Shown one piece after another: positions 1 through 14,775 of a DNA stretch of 64,000 bases. The notes beneath the pieces are model-generated. The model searched no databases. It had not been told where the DNA came from and saw only the letters and a list, made by a program, of their open reading frames with translations. Both the position numbers and the translations under genes were made by a program. The stretch spans positions 2,418,001 to 2,482,000 of the forward strand of contig JAYWIR010000029.1 in the NCBI GenBank assembly GCA_036172245.1, given 5' to 3'. Numbering within the stretch: the first letter of the stretch is position 1; every line of letters starts with the position of its first letter. Source of the DNA: Raillietiella orientalis (lineage: Eukaryota).

Positions 1-1214
1 CTCCGAGGGATGGAGCTCGCTCCCTTCTTCCCAGTGCCTAAGATTTGCCACGACCCAGCCGTCCAGCACCTCCAAGGCGACTCTCTCCTTCCCCCTCCCT
101 CTTTCAACTCAAGGGACTTCCGGAGAAGCTCTGGAGGGGCTCCTGACAGTACCTTGCTCCCGGTCCACCCCCTGCCTTCCGGGAGCGAACAGTATTTTCA
201 GATGCCGTCGCAGCAAGAGTGCCCTATCCTTTCCTCTCCCTTTCTTTCCGCGGGTCCATCTCCGGCGGCCAACCCCTATTGGGAACGCTCCTCAGTCCTG
301 GGAGGCAGATCACTTCAGGGTCAGATCAGTCCATACAATCATCGGAGACTTTCCAGTGAGAAAAAGCCAATGGCTCCCTCCGCTTCTCTCAGGGGAAGAC
401 GAGTGGTATAGACGCAGCTGAGTTCTGGTAATCCAAGAATCCTTTAGATGCAGAAACCCAAAAGAAAATCAGGAACCCTCGCCAAAGAGTGGGCTCTTTG
501 GCGAGGAACCTCCTTCCCCTTCTCTTCTTTCCAATCTCTCGGCAGAATGCTGTTTGGACTTTCAAAAAAAGGCAGAATCGTTCATCTTAGGTGTATCCTT
601 CGAATGCAACCTTCTGGAGTGAACCCGGCTTGGAGAGGGATGGGGAAAGGAGAGGAGGTCGGTCTCGAGGGGCAGAAGTCGGCGGATCCATACTCGAGGA
701 GACCACACGTCACACAAATTTAGAGATCACAGGGCGAGGCCGCACTGGGAGATCCCGCGTTCCGACCCTATTGTTCTGGACGCCATCGCAATACCTGGTG
801 TGTCCAGCCGGTGATGGAGAGGAGAGGCATCGACCCAGCGGCCGCTTCAGGGAGACTCGAGAGTAGGGAGGTTGCGGAGCTGGAGGGAAGAAGTCTTACA
901 GGAGCGCCTTTGGATGCTGGAGCCGTTCGGAGACCCTCGAGAGATGGGAACGCTCTGGAACACGAGGCATTCACATAATTCAGTGGCGCTCTATTCCTGC
1001 GCCCTGGGAGACCCTCGTCTTTGAACCCGGTCACAGATAAGAGACGCAGAGCGAGGGTTGTCCAGTCTTTCCTCTTCGGGCAAAGGAAGCAACGGGTGTG
1101 GAATGGTCAGGGGCTTGAGCTGCAGCTTTGAGTCCAATCGGCATCGCACATCAGCGACGTCATCCTGCTGTTTCGAGCCGACACGCGTCGTTCTTTCTGA
1201 GAGGGTTCGACGAG

Positions 1215-1380
1215 CTCCCTCTCCTCCTCTTTCCTCATTTCTTCCCTCCTCCTCTTTCCTCATTTCTTCCCTCCTCCTCCTTCCTTCCTTCGCCCTCCTT
1301 TCCTCCGCTTTTTTCTTCGTTTTGTCCTCCTCCTCCTCCTCTCCTTCTTCCTCTTTTCATTCCCCTCTCCCACTTCCTCG
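1215..1380 (+). repeat. Low-complexity polypyrimidine (CCT/CTT) tract
   Basis: About 165 nt almost free of purines, with (TCC)n runs. Confidence 0.85.
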
Positions 1381-1599
1381 AGCTTCTCATTTTGAAGAGA
1401 TGCTGAGGTTCGTGTTTTGACTGCGCAGAAGCTGAGGCGCTCTCCGGAATCCGCACAACTGCAAGGAGATGATGCTCCCCCGCGAAGGGAGTAGAGAAGC
1501 AGAGGAGGAAGTCCGACAGCGCGTCGCTCCTTCCGGAGGCGGAGCTATTCCGCCTCAATTAGAAGAGAAGAGCATTGCGGGCAATAGAGGTAGATCCTC

Positions 1600-4500
1600 G
1601 CTTTCTTTCTGGACGAGGAAGAACGGCGGAACCTAAGATTTTGGAGGTTTCTGAGGAAGAGCTCAGAGCCTAGAGTATTCCCTACCTCATTTTCTTGGGT
1701 CACTTGAGGCTTTCTTCTCGTGACTCGAAGATGAGATGCACCCCGAAACGAAAGGAGTGCAATAAGAGTTTCTTGCCCAGAGGTTGGCCTGGAGGAAGAG
1801 CTCACTGGAGGCACCCGCGAGACAGAAAACCCGCGAGTCCACGAGTGAAGGAGCGCACGAGAGTAGAGTAAGGTGAAGATTTTCGGTATTTTTCGCATTC
1901 CTGGATACTGGAAGGAGATGGAAACTTCCGTTTCCCAGGTACCACTACCGTTCTTCTCCGTGGAGACATCAACTGTGCTGTGTGCACGCACACTGTAGAG
2001 CCGTCTCAACCCCTGTAGTAGGTGCTCGATGCTCGTGAAGAGCGAAAGGTGCGCGACACCCAAGACAACATTTTTTCCCAGCTTCCCAAGACCGGAATTC
2101 TTCGGAGTGGTCAGTGCTTTGAAGGTGAGTCGGTGTCTTCCTGTCGCTCACAAATTCGATCCGACCTTGCAGAGGTGAAAGAAGGAAAGGAACCGGCATC
2201 AGACTCACCTCCAAACCCTTCTTTTCTCTTTCCTGGGGGTTCTCACGTGTGGAAACTCTTTCCAGACAAACGAGCGGATGTATGACATCAACTTTTGTTG
2301 CGCTACGCGATCCACTCTCATCATATTCGAATCCCTCGTGGTTCCTACTTTTCCTGCATTCATTCCTCATCCCAGAAAGCTGTCTTTGTCACCTTGGATG
2401 TCTAACCTTCGGGTTTGTGAAGTTGTGGTTGCCATGCAACAAGCAAGGTGATAGATCCCAAAGAGGAATGAAGAAACTCTGCTGGACTGCATAAGGTTGT
2501 GCTTTTCAAGACATATTCCGACCTCAGTCTCAGCATCTCAAGAAGTCATACTCTTCATCGTTCTTCAGCGATCTTCAAACGAGCTGTTTCCTTATCATCG
2601 TTTGCAATTGGCTCTGAGATTCCTAGCAATATCCTGCTCTCTCTCTACGGCTTTCACCCGACTCTCTGCGTCCCGCAGATTACTAGATCACCTCCGAATT
2701 GCTTTTTGCACACCTCAAGAGAGAATGGTGTCTTGTACTGGACTGGACTGCAAGACAGGAAACTCTGGCATGAATGGAATAACTAGACGTGCCCACCCTT
2801 TTGAAAAGAACACTCTCGTTTTGGGAGCTTTACATCTTCTGGGAGCCTTGTGACCTCCCCTTGAGAGCTCTTGCAGCAGTTTTGCCTCCCGAGGTGTGTT
2901 GGTCCCCTCCGCTAGAAGTCTCAAAACAAAAGAGGAAGAAACCCTTGGACGTCGCGGTGGAACTTCGGCTTATCGGGCAAGGGGGTTGTTTCGTAATTGG
3001 CGTCCAGGTTCTACCGAATCACGGGCCAGGACTTACCACCTTTCACCACTTCTGATCTTACGGAAGGACCCTGACCACAGCTCGAGTCCGGTTCCTGAGA
3101 AAACGCTCCCTCCTGTTCGGCACTCCATGTGCTGAACCGAAGCACAAAATCGACATGAACTCATTCAGTGAACTTTGGTAAAAACTCATCATTCCTGAGT
3201 TCCGTGAGTTCGGGTGGAGAGAGAGAGAGAGAGAACAAAAAAAAGAAAAAGAAAAGAAACATCGGTGAGCGCCATACTTTGACAACATGTCAACGCTTTC
3301 TCTCGGGAGACTTGGATGAAGCCCTTGCAAATGGATACCCTCGTATTCGGAAGGCAGGAAGTGCAAAGGAGACGAATGAGGGTGCATTCTGAGAGTTCTC
3401 TCTAGAAAGAGCGAAGGGAGTGGCTCGAGATTGCTCGCTCCTCCCAATTTGCTTGTAGCGAAGACTGGAGTCATGTGTAACGAGGAGGCCACAGATCGAG
3501 CCGCAATCCTCCGCATGCCGTACGTGCACACCCAGGAGAATGCAAATCTCTCTCTGATCAGCATTTCCGCCTTGTGAGACTGGTCTTTGATTCTGCATCA
3601 TCCCTGTCCCACAAATCTAATTTCCTCTTTTTGATTTCTCAGGAGCGCTCTCTGTGACTGCTACTTTGTTCATCCCGGTAATGGGATTAGAGTGCTCCTG
3701 AAGTCCTGCAATTAATCAGTGAAATGCAATCTCCTCCCTGCAGTACACCTCACAAGATCATAAAGTCTGCAAGTACTCCGATATCGCAGCACAACCTTTC
3801 TGGAACCGGGAGTACTGCTCCCCCTCTGATCCTAGTGAAGGTACTTCCCGACGTTTTCTTTTTTTTTTTTAAGATTTGCATCGTTATCTCATCTCCATTT
3901 GCCTGTGGGATTACTTCCCGGATTGATTGTCCTCGACAAGCGAATTGCTTGCATTACGCTTTCGGATATTCCTTCAGTTCTCATTGGGCTGCTCGCACTT
4001 CCACAAGTTCACACAGTAAAAGGGTAATCTGCGATACGAGATCTTAAACTGACCCTTCGAGTGGCACCCCTTCTAATCACCTTATCCTGTCAAACACACT
4101 TCCTCTTTTCCGTTTTCTTGCTCTTTTGGTCGTGCATACCCGGCAGACTTTCCGAGGACTCAGTTGTATGTCAGGTCACCTGCTCGCGCTGCAGGTGTTC
4201 TCTTTGGCGTGGACGTTTACTCCATGGCTGTTGCGAGGAACTCTGTTCCCATGGGAACACCACCACCTCGCTTGCAGTTCACTCTCCTCTCGTTTTTCTT
4301 CGAAGCGATCTTGGACAAAGTTCCTTCTTGGAAAAGTAGATACCCACTGCCCTCGCGGTTCCCACATCTACGTACGAGACGGACACGCACGCATGCACAG
4401 ACATGTGGACTTTTATTACGTACTCAGTCCAGACAGTTTCGCGTCTCCAGCAGTCGGGCGGAGCGGTGTCTGAGCAGAACGGTGCGAGAAGCTGGGAGCC

Positions 4501-5700
4501 CTCCTCTGTCTGATCTTCGAGGCATTGGATTGCTGAGGATTTCGGGAATAACTCGCGTCGAGGTTCTCGGCTTAAATAGTTCCGGTTCCTCAGAACTGTC
4601 CGGCATTCCCCGTTTCCTTGATATCCTGACTTGTTTGCTTTATAAAAAAGGATATACCCAGCTTTTATGTGGGGATGCCGTTCTGAAGTATTCATATTCA
4701 CCTCTTATGCTAAATGGGAGATATTTGCAGCATCGAAGTTCCTGATGGGCAGACCTAGTCCCCTGTCCACGAAGATAAAGGATCATCTCGGCAAAGAGGC
4801 TAGCTTATTTCATTCGGAAGAGACTTTCCTGGATTGCTTTAGAATCCGTGATCAAAGGATCCAGCTCTTCCCTTTTTTATGCAATGTCGCATCCTCTGCG
4901 AGTCTCATCTTGCACAAGTTACTCGTAGACTCCTGTTCTTGCTGGTGCGAGTTCAAGATCTATACCCACGTGTGATTCAGAGGTCCATGAGGAAGAAATG
5001 GCGTGTAGGAGGAGGATTTCTAGAACGATCATGACATCTGGAGAGACCTCAAGAACCGATTTTCAAAGGCGATTTTTAGCGATTTGGCCGGGATGGATCC
5101 GACTTTGGGGTACCTTCCCGAGAACGGCATCAGGTAACCTAGTCTCAGCTTGTGTATGTAAGCTTGTAAGCGTTAAAACGTTCGAAGGATGGACACACCC
5201 CTGCATGCACCAGATGTCAAATCAGAGAGACCCCTCAGGCTTGAGGAAAGGCATGTTGCAATCCCTCAATCGTGATTCTAGGTGAGCAGTTAGAGTAGTT
5301 AAGAATTCTCCCGACTTCTTTCTGCTTCATGGAGAGAGTGCGTCATCCAAACAGATGATCAGCTTATCATCCCAAGCATCTCTTCCCTAACAGAACTCAA
5401 GCAAGGAGTTTAAGGATACACTAATCCGGGGGGAAACCATTCTGATTCTGACGGCATGGCATCCGCTTTCCATCCAGATTTCTCTCCATCAAAACGCACC
5501 GGAATAACCAAGGAGTTCTGTCTGCTCGATGAGAGATGTGATCTTTTGAGACAAAAAAAAGTAAAATAAAAAGGGGAGCAACAAAATGCACCTTTCTTCG
5601 CTTCGATCCCATCTTCTGCTCAGATGAACTGGTTCGTTGGATACACACTGAATGTACCCATGAACTGATGTGTACGTGAAAGTACAATGACCTTGTGGAA
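1600..5700 (-). mobile_element. Heavily decayed LINE RT remnants (probably two or more pieces)
   Basis: Weak motif echoes only: VVPGK..KYR.I.TLL and LLSFRGA..RV (1700-1950); CLDD (~5345); RGLGLP (~4755). Confidence 0.3.
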
Positions 5701-8700
5701 GTGGGTTGTGTGCAAGGAGAAAGTTGTCAATCTTTCTGCTGCAACTAATTTCCGATCATAGTAGGCTCATAATAAGTTTTTTTTTTTTTTCAGTTTTTTC
5801 AATCCAGGAAATTCCCTCAGTCTGGAAAAGGTGAAAACTCACAGAAGAGGACTCGTGCTAAGAAACGAAACCTTGGACAACCAGAGAAAATGGACACGGG
5901 TCCCTCTGCAATTTGCGTGGGAGAACTGCTCCGGAAACACGTGGTCCAGAGTTGCACGAGATCGACTGAATGCATTAGAAGAAGGTGATGCTGCCGAAAT
6001 GGATTTCGAGATCTCACAGCCAAGGATTCGATGAAGATAATTGCCGGCGCGCTGATGCGTACTGTTTTTTCAGGATTTTCCCCCCTCTATCGTCTGAATC
6101 TGCATTGCTTTCGTATCCATGGTTTCGGGTTCACATTCATCATTCATTTTTTCCCGATGAACCTCAAAGACACGCATGCTATCCTCTCAAACTTCTTGCG
6201 TTGCGAGGACCCGAAAGTCAAAACACCTTGTTTCAGTGATCCTCTTGAAATTTTGGAGTTTTGGAATGTCTCTACCAGGTAATCAGATGATCCGTCTACT
6301 GAAAGATGCAACCAGGAATTGCAAAGAGGACTCCGGAAACATGTTATGTTATGTTACCATAAGAGCATTCTGAAAAGGGACTGTAAAGCAGCAATCTAGA
6401 TTTTGAAAATCTGGATTATTCTCATTTTATCATTATTCGCATCATTATCTCATCTGAAACTCATGACGTCATGACTCTATAACAATCCATGGCAAAAGAT
6501 GAATTTCAGTTGCTTCCATGATGATGTGCAACTTTGTTTCCAGCTCCAGCTATTCTTCCAAGGAAAGTTCATCATGATTGGTCCCATAGTCAAGTTGTGA
6601 TCGATTTCCGTCTTCGGTTTTACTGCCTCGCCTAATCTTGTTCCATTTTAACTTCGGTGGAAGTAGCAGGGGAAGACACTACTGTGAAGTATTTCTTGTG
6701 ACTGAGATCTCTGAGATTCAGTTCTTCATTCTCAAGCCGATTCTCATCATCTTCTCATTTGCCAATTTCCACCGCATCATACCTTGACAGCAACGCATTC
6801 GGAAAACCAAGAGGAACAGCTGCTTGATAGCATGCTGTCTACCAGTTCACATTTTCTGGCAACTTTCCCTCCCGATGGATTGTTTCTTCTTAGTTTCCTT
6901 GATAACCAGTTTCCTTGCAAGTATTGCTTACTTCGCATTGTACTCCAATTTTGAAGGGGACTTACACTGATTGTACGTTGTTTTCTTTGAATGCTGTCTT
7001 CGTGATGCCTGCTTTCCCTTCGCTACTTCTTGACATCCTGTTTCCCCCCCAACCCATCTTTGCTCCTGTAAACAAGTTAAAATTCACCAAAGTTATAAAT
7101 ACATACAAAGTTCACAATAGAATAAACTCAATCCTCTTTTTTTTTTTTTATAATTAATGGTCCTTATTAAGTTTCAGTGACTTAATGGCAAATGGTGACG
7201 GAAGACATGAAAGACGTTTTGCTACTACCCAAGGTTCCTACTCAATTTCCCTCCCTGCCCAAGGCCCGCCAAAAGCAGGATGAGAGTCCGATGAAACTAA
7301 CCTGAGGTCGATTCCCTCGAAAATTTCATCGGCACGAAAGTTGACTCTCCATGTTTTCCTCTGTTTTCCTTCTGGCTCTGACTCCACAACTTTCCCGGTC
7401 CAGAAGTCTCCGCTTCCACATATTGCGCTTCCATGCCCTTCCGTTCTTCAGGAGCCCCTCGAAGGCTGGAAGAATCTGGTAACTTGAGAGTGCAATTCCA
7501 TCTCTGCTTTTCTGAGAGAAAACAACTGAGCCATATTCAAGCACAATCGTCCTTGTGATCTTGTTGTCTGGTTTTTGTCTTCCTTCATCTAAGTGTATAC
7601 TCAGCTGCTTTACGAAACATGTGTACGAGAGATCCAGATTTCATCGTACCGAATGTACCCAATATCGTCCTTCATGCCTTCCCTACAGGAGGAGATCAAT
7701 GCTCCGTGGGAGCGTGTTGTGTACGGCTACCCGAAAAGTCAAACAGGTAAATTCGATTCCATAGCTGGAATCAAGGAAACCCTGCATCTTCAGGATTTCA
7801 AGAGCTGCTGGTGAATTCGACCAGGAAAAGCATCCATTGGAGCCTCCTAAGTTTAGCAGCTTGGACCAAATCAGCAGCCTCCATGGACCACCATGTTCGT
7901 CCCATCCGACGCAAACGCAAATCGGCGCTTTCTGAAACGTCTTCATTGTCACGCGTGTGTAAGAATCTACGGAGGCCGCGCCGTGGATAGGCGTGCTCAG
8001 GATGCACCCTGGTGATCGAGTTGGGAAGTAGGGACAAGTTATTAGGAAACACAGCGCAAATAGGTTAATGGCAAAAACGAATGTCTTTGTGTTCCAATAC
8101 CGGCCTCTACATGGAATATCGAATGGCACCCCTGTAAAGGAGTAAGGCAACCATGGGCTTCTATAATTAGAAACCAGGTCAAACTCTTTCTTTTGATCTT
8201 TTCGGCAGCGTATGAATGAGCACAAAAACGCAGTTCTCAGAAGGAACTTGAGAGAAATCTCGCGAGGTAGTTACGGAAGGCTTCGAAGCTCCGGGCTCTG
8301 CAAAGAAAAAGCACCAAAACTGATGGCTTTTCAATCCGGGAGAAGGAAAAAAAAAAGAAAGCGGAAAAGCGGAAAAGATCCAACCGGGATGAAGAGCAAA
8401 ATTCTTTTTTGGAATATGCAGAAAAGTGAGGAACAAAGTGAAGGGAGTCGCCATTTCGAAAGCAGCGTTTTTTTTCTCTTTTTTTCCCATCTGATTTCTT
8501 CAGAAAGCAGATAGAAGAGGAAATGAGATGCTGCTGATTGCGGTTGACGCAGCCGATGCGCTGATTAACCAGGCGCGTTCCTGATCCCAGGAGTGCATCC
8601 GCTGTCTATGATTTATCAATTCGCCTCATGCTTCGTGGATGTTGAAATAGCGGGGGAATGAGGACGATTGTGGTGGTTGAGCTCCAAGAACAAGATGAGG

Positions 8701-10699
8701 TTGGGGAGAAGGATCTACGTCCTTGGTCACCGAGCTTGGATTGAATGACACACTCTGGCTGGTTGCGTGCGGGACATCTAAGCAATTCGGGAGCCCGCGC
8801 CGAACCTTTGTAATGGGGACCTCGTCAGCAGGCGGGCTAAAAAAACACCTGTACAGAGGCACCGGTTGCGACGCGATTGCACGTTTCCCGTAACTGCAAA
8901 CCATTCAGCTTTTCGTTTCTTGTTTCCACTACTTCTTGCTGAATTCCGACTGGAGGACCACTCTCTCCCTCTCTGCTCAGGGACTTCGCCCCTGGAGGCA
9001 GCTCTGCCGATCGCAACCGCTCTTCCATTTCGTAAGTTCCAGGCGGCTCGCCGCTGCCTTCGTGGGAAAACTCCACCCCCACCCTGGAATGGTTGTGGGG
9101 GATCTGGGTCATCCTACAACCATATCCTGCTGTCGAAGGTAATTCGTGGAAAGTGCTATCCCAGGAAATCTCTTGCATTCTTGAAGAGAGACACGGACGG
9201 CGGATGCACTTGCTGCTGTCCGGCTGTAAATTCCATCCACTTCAAGTGGATGACTAGAAGCCCATCTCCCTCACAGATTGTTAGCCGTGGTTCGAAATGG
9301 ACGAGAAAAAAAAATGCTCTCCAAGAAACTCAAGAAATCAATCTTCTGCTTTCTGTAGCACTGCGTATGATAGCAGCCTGGTTAGGTGAAGATATCCATC
9401 CACGTGAGCTTTGTTTCTTGACAGCAGCTCGCGATGCATGACAGAGCTGCCGATGAAGATTTCGTGAAGAGAGCGAATCTTTCACACTGAAATCCTGAGG
9501 CTCTATTTCCAGACCTTATTGGGTATCAGCGGTCCTCAACATAGGTGCTGGGAATCACTTTTTTGCTCAGGAACCCAATGACGCCTGCTGTTCAATAAAT
9601 ACAAACAATAGCAATGGAAGAGTTTGGAAACGCTTTGAACAACAGCAACAAAAAAAAGAAAAAGAACACTAGAAGAACAAATGCATTTACCAGATGATCA
9701 CAGGAGTCTGTAAACAACAGTGGAACCTGAAAAGTTCTTTTAGAAAACTCGAAGATTACTTTAGAAAACGCAAGGAGTTTCTGAAATGACGTTGGTCTGC
9801 CCTGCCTGCTTTGTGGTTTTCCTTGACATCGCTCCAGCTTTCAAACCAATTCTTTGCCACGAAGCTGTCACAGGCAAGAAAGCAGGAAGTGCACTCCCTA
9901 CAGAAGGCTACAAATCCCCAGAGGTGTTAGCGTGTTTAGTGCAGACTGCTTTGCAACACGTTTTCTTTCAAGCACCACATTTCATCCACCGAGGCATTCC
10001 TCCGATTAGCTGACTAAAGAAATTTCTCCTCGGTGACGAACCAATTGCTAAATCGAAGGGGAGAAAGCGGGAAGACCTGTAAACGGAGAAATTGCAATCA
10101 AAGCAGTCAAAAAAAAGTACGTCATGATTCCGTCTGGTTATTCCCGATTCAAAGCCGCGCTGGCTCGAATGACAGAGTCACCATCTCTCGTAGTTTCGAA
10201 GGACGGCTTCCTGGTGCCTGGAAGGAAAAAATTCCACACAAGTTGGCACCCAACTTCCAGATCATTGACCAGATCTTGGGTTTCCGATTCAGGCTTCTGT
10301 GGAAGAGAACAGGAGAGGTGTTCAGTGCTTACCCCTTTGACCTTCTCGATCTTTGAGATTGAAAGTCGGCAGCGCTTTTCCTCCCTTCTAACATTCCAGG
10401 CTCGACACCCTTGTCCGATGAGATTGCACAGTCTCCTCAAGAACGCCTCTGGTCATGGAAATGAACAAACTGATGCAATTCGATGCACATTCGAGAGTGC
10501 TTTTCGTGGGCAAATGAAGGAAACTGGTTGATGAGCTGAAACCGAGTGCGTTCAGAGAGGAACGGACAAATAGCAGTTAGAATGCCTCGAGGTTTTCGTC
10601 TTTAATCAGGATGCTCCCCTGAAAACTTTGGATTTCTGACTGGAAGTTCCCTCGCGTTCATGCAAGAGTAGTAATACACCACGAGGTGCCCACTATTTG

Positions 10700-11250
10700 C
10701 TCACTACGTGGCGCACGCGCTCCGGACAAGTGCGCTACCCAACCCTCGAAGCTCGGCAGACGCGCCGCGTCCGAATGTGGCGTTTTGCTTCTCCAGCATC
10801 GCAGTGTACGCCTAAAATGATTCTGCCTGCCGAAATTGTGGCCTGGAGATGGATTACCCCGAGCCCCTATCCTTCGGCAAAGGAGACCGAAGTAGAAGTT
10901 TCCTCTCACAGAAGAGAAGCACGGGATCATGGAAGCTATTTCAGCCACTCACTGCGAGGACGGAGCAGCCTTCCAGGGAGTTGGAGGTTCTTTCCGGACT
11001 TCCCCTTGGCCGATTCGACCACCAGAAATCCTTCAAATCCTCGCTTCGTGGTCCCTTTGGGAGGAGCAGCCACCAGTTCGACTCTGGGGTGATCCGACGG
11101 GCAGGCCGTGTTCGTTTTCGCCATCCCGCCCGCTGGCACAGCTGGCCGTCGAGAAACTCGTGATCTGTGGAGTAGGGAGGCACTCCGGGATCATTCGCTG
11201 ACAAATTCTCTGCGTGCATCCCTGCACTTCACCCATCTCTTTTCGACCAC
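10700..11250 (+). mobile_element. Decayed LINE RT fragment
   Basis: Weak similarity to the RT part of 44140-44450 (PSPY, SGL..D..KS, RWHS segments). Confidence 0.3.
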
Positions 11251-12564
11251 ATCTCATTTGCGAGCAGACAGACGTGGAAGTCCCTGGCATGACGGGAGCA
11301 GCCCTCCCCTCGCGTGCTTTGAGTGCAAGCGGCCGCGACGCCGCGTGCAGCTGGCTCCTCTTCTGGTGTTACAAAAGTCCGGAACGGAAGGAAAGGGGTT
11401 CCCTACCCTCACAATGCCCCTCGCGAGAGTAGGGAGCTTTTTGCCCACCTTCCCACATTCGCCGGAACCGTGCGCAATGGGCGACCCTATCGCGCTTCTC
11501 ATCCGCTGTCTACGAGGCTGACAACCGCAAGGCTTCCTGTCGAACCTGGTCTGTCCCCGACCCCCCTTTCGGAACCAGGAAGAACACCTCTAGGATGGTG
11601 AGGTTTTCGTCATTCAGAACGAGCATCCCGGCGGGACCCTGAGGTTATCTCGGAGGCGCCTTCTGGGAGTATCGAGACAGATGCTGGCGAACCTTTTCTT
11701 CTAGGGAAATGTTCTCATGGTCTAGATGGAGACAAGCAAGCCGGGAGTTTGACCGAAGGCCTCTCTCCTGGTAGGAAGTCTGCCTTCCCTCTCTGAGCTG
11801 GATGCGTCACCAGAGCTGCATCGGGTGGTTCCCATCGGTTTCGGAGCTACCACTCGAGGGATTCCCCCCCCATCCTGCCCTCTAAAACCGGTTTCCTGCG
11901 CTGCTGCCTTGGTCGTCACGCTCCGGATTGACCAAGAGCACATTCCTTCTGCTCAGGCGCAAGTGGATGGACTCTTCTGCTCATAATCATATGGCCATCT
12001 ATGAAGATCATCGGCATAACTGCGTTCTCCTAGATGTGGATGATCCCGCAGTGGAGCCAATTTGCCGGAGATTCAAGTGCACTCTTCTGTCACCTCGCTT
12101 CTTCTTTCGTTCTGGTCAGCTCCCAAGGAACCAAAGTTGCCGTTCTTCCCATTCTCTTTGTTTCCCGTGTTTTTCGCGGGACCCTTATGCACTGAGAACA
12201 GTTCTATTCGATCCAGTAGCGTCCTTCTCATTCTTCGACATTCTGGAAGGTTCTCGTGGAAGGAACCCTCCAATGGAACGGCCCTCATCTCCGCGAGGTG
12301 CACAGAATGTTAAGTTTTTTTTCTTCTTCTCTTGCAGTCCCGTCGGCTACTTCCGCCCAGGAAGACAAGCAGGTACCAATCTTTCTCTCTCATGGCAGCA
12401 CATCTTTCAACGACGATGCGAATTACGTCGTAAGTAATCCAAGATAATACAAGTGTGAACAATGAGTGCACGGAGCTAGCGATGGTGGAGCACACTCTGA
12501 GTCCTGGACCGACGCCATGTCGCCCCCTCGTGTGTCAGCTGCGCTCACGGGAAGTTCTCCGTTG

Positions 12565-13135
12565 AGGTTTGAACCCGATTATGCCGGGACGTTTATTTTT
12601 GAAAAATGAAACAAAATAAACCAGAAGGTGGAGGAGCAAGAAGGGCATTCCCTCGAAAAACAAGTAAAGCCAAAAAAAAAAAAAACAAGTTCATCAGGAA
12701 TGACCACCGGCGCGCAGGCCGGCTTCCAAAAAGTAGGTAACGGAGGAAGAGAACAATGAATAAATAAAAAAGAGAGGAGGATAAAAACAGGGTTCCTTGG
12801 TATGAAACGTTCCATCACTTCTAGGAGCAACTCTGGATGATGGCGATCTCCCTGGAGACTTCTTCTGGCAGGTGAGGCAATCGTGCTGCTGCCCTCACGA
12901 GGGCTGCTGCAATGCTGGCAGCTTCTCTTCGCCGCGAACTTGCTTCTAACACATGGCGGACTGTCACCGTATGCAGCAGATTGCTGCCATCACAGCACTT
13001 TTCTCCACTGCGCTTTCTGTGAAAATGCACCGCAGCAGGTTCGTGGCAGTGTCCTGGGGTTGAGGGAGTGCCGAAGCGAATCTCTGCCACATTTCCTGCA
13101 GGGCGCTACGGTCCAGCAAGAGGTGTGGGAGCTAT
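12565..13135 (-). mobile_element. LINE family A 3' fragment
   Basis: LPHLLLDRSALQEMWQRF, 3' UTR, AATAAA and terminal hairpin. Clearly similar to 43553-44010. Confidence 0.75.
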
Positions 13136-14775
13136 GTCATCTCTCCGCATCTTAGATAGTTCGGAAAGGACGCTCAGTTGAGGGAAGACGCACAGACCCC
13201 TCTCGTAACCGAGAAAGCACGGGCCGTCACCTCTGAGAACTCTCGAAGCGCAAAAATGTTCCTTGTGGGAGACCGTGGGAGAGGCAGGCGCTCATTCTGC
13301 TATTTCGACACTTTGTCGAGCACCCTTGTACTCCCATGGAACTTCGAATCTGCCCCTGAAAACCGAATCCCAGCCCATTACAATTTTTCTCCTTAGCCAC
13401 GATTCCAGTGCGCCGAATGACTGTCTCGTTCGTCGACGACCCGAGGTTAGGTCATCCTGCACTTCGCTCCCCGCTATGTGTGTTCTTTAACAGCATTGGA
13501 AGAGATAATAGGGAGAAGGAGAGCAAGAGCATCGAAGACTGACTCTTCAAGCCGCCTCCAAAGCAGAGCCTTCCACAGTAAGAGGTATCCAAGTAGGAGC
13601 TCTGACATCTTGGGACCCGGACAACGATGACATGCAGCAGTTAGTTGAAAAAAAAAAATCTAAATGTTATTCGTACCTTACACCGTGAGAAGCATCTTTA
13701 TTACTCTTCGAAATATGCAGCAAGGGAGACTGAACTCTTTGACTCTTCTCCAGATCTCCACACACGAGCCAGCAGACGCAGAATGCCTTGTACATCTTAT
13801 CACATCTTTGCTCTAATGTAATAACATTCCTCTTCTTTTCGCACTCGTGGTGCTCTTAACTGAATCAATAATCAGTCCTCTAGTCCGCTTTCTTAGGGCA
13901 ATTTTCGAAACAGTTAAACAAATCATGAAAAGTTCAGATTGAGGAGGCAGCATGTAAAACTTCTACGGAAACCTGGCTACTTCCACTGCGCATGAGCCAA
14001 CCCACATCCTTCAGATTTCGGTTTGCGCTAAACACGATCCGGGTCCTTGAAAGAAGTTCCGCACGAAGTCGAATTTCCACCGATCGCGGCCATCCTGTTC
14101 ACTGAAGTAACTGAAACTTTTTAAGAGGCACAAGGAAAAGAAAATGGAAGAAAGAAATGGTGTGTTAACCGGGCCAAGCAGCGAGGGTTCCTTCTTACTC
14201 ATTCTTCAAGGCCATGAGGGAAAGAACTTGGAAGGGGTGCGTGGGATGGAGTTGACCAGCCACAACGTCTTTTCTTCACGCCTCTCGGTTCCCTCGTGGG
14301 CATCGGCGCGTTCTCCGGAAATCACATCACGAAATGCAGTACCCAGGGCAGGGAGAATCCAATAAGGAACGCGGAGCATCCGTCTCAAAGAAGAAAAACA
14401 AATCAGGAATCCCTTTCTACTTTGCGACCAGTTTCCCGAACTGCCGAGGAACACACAACACACATCAGATTTGCTCTAGGAGGTTCTCGACGCATCGTTA
14501 TCTTAGGTCCAATCGATGTCACAAATTTCGTGGTGTGGGGCATGCGAGGTGTTTCCCGCTGCTTCCTTCACTTCATCTTCGCATCTGGAGATGATGGACT
14601 AGGTCACTGTGCGCAATGGAAGTGTCTCTTAAGGATACCACAAAAAGAAGAGGACATAAGCGTAGGAGGTTGGAGAGATGGTGGAAACCCTCCTTCGGCA
14701 TTTGCGGCAATGACGTAAAATGAAGAATGTATTCAATTTAGTAAAAGTTTCCTAGAATCTTCTTTTCCAAACTTA

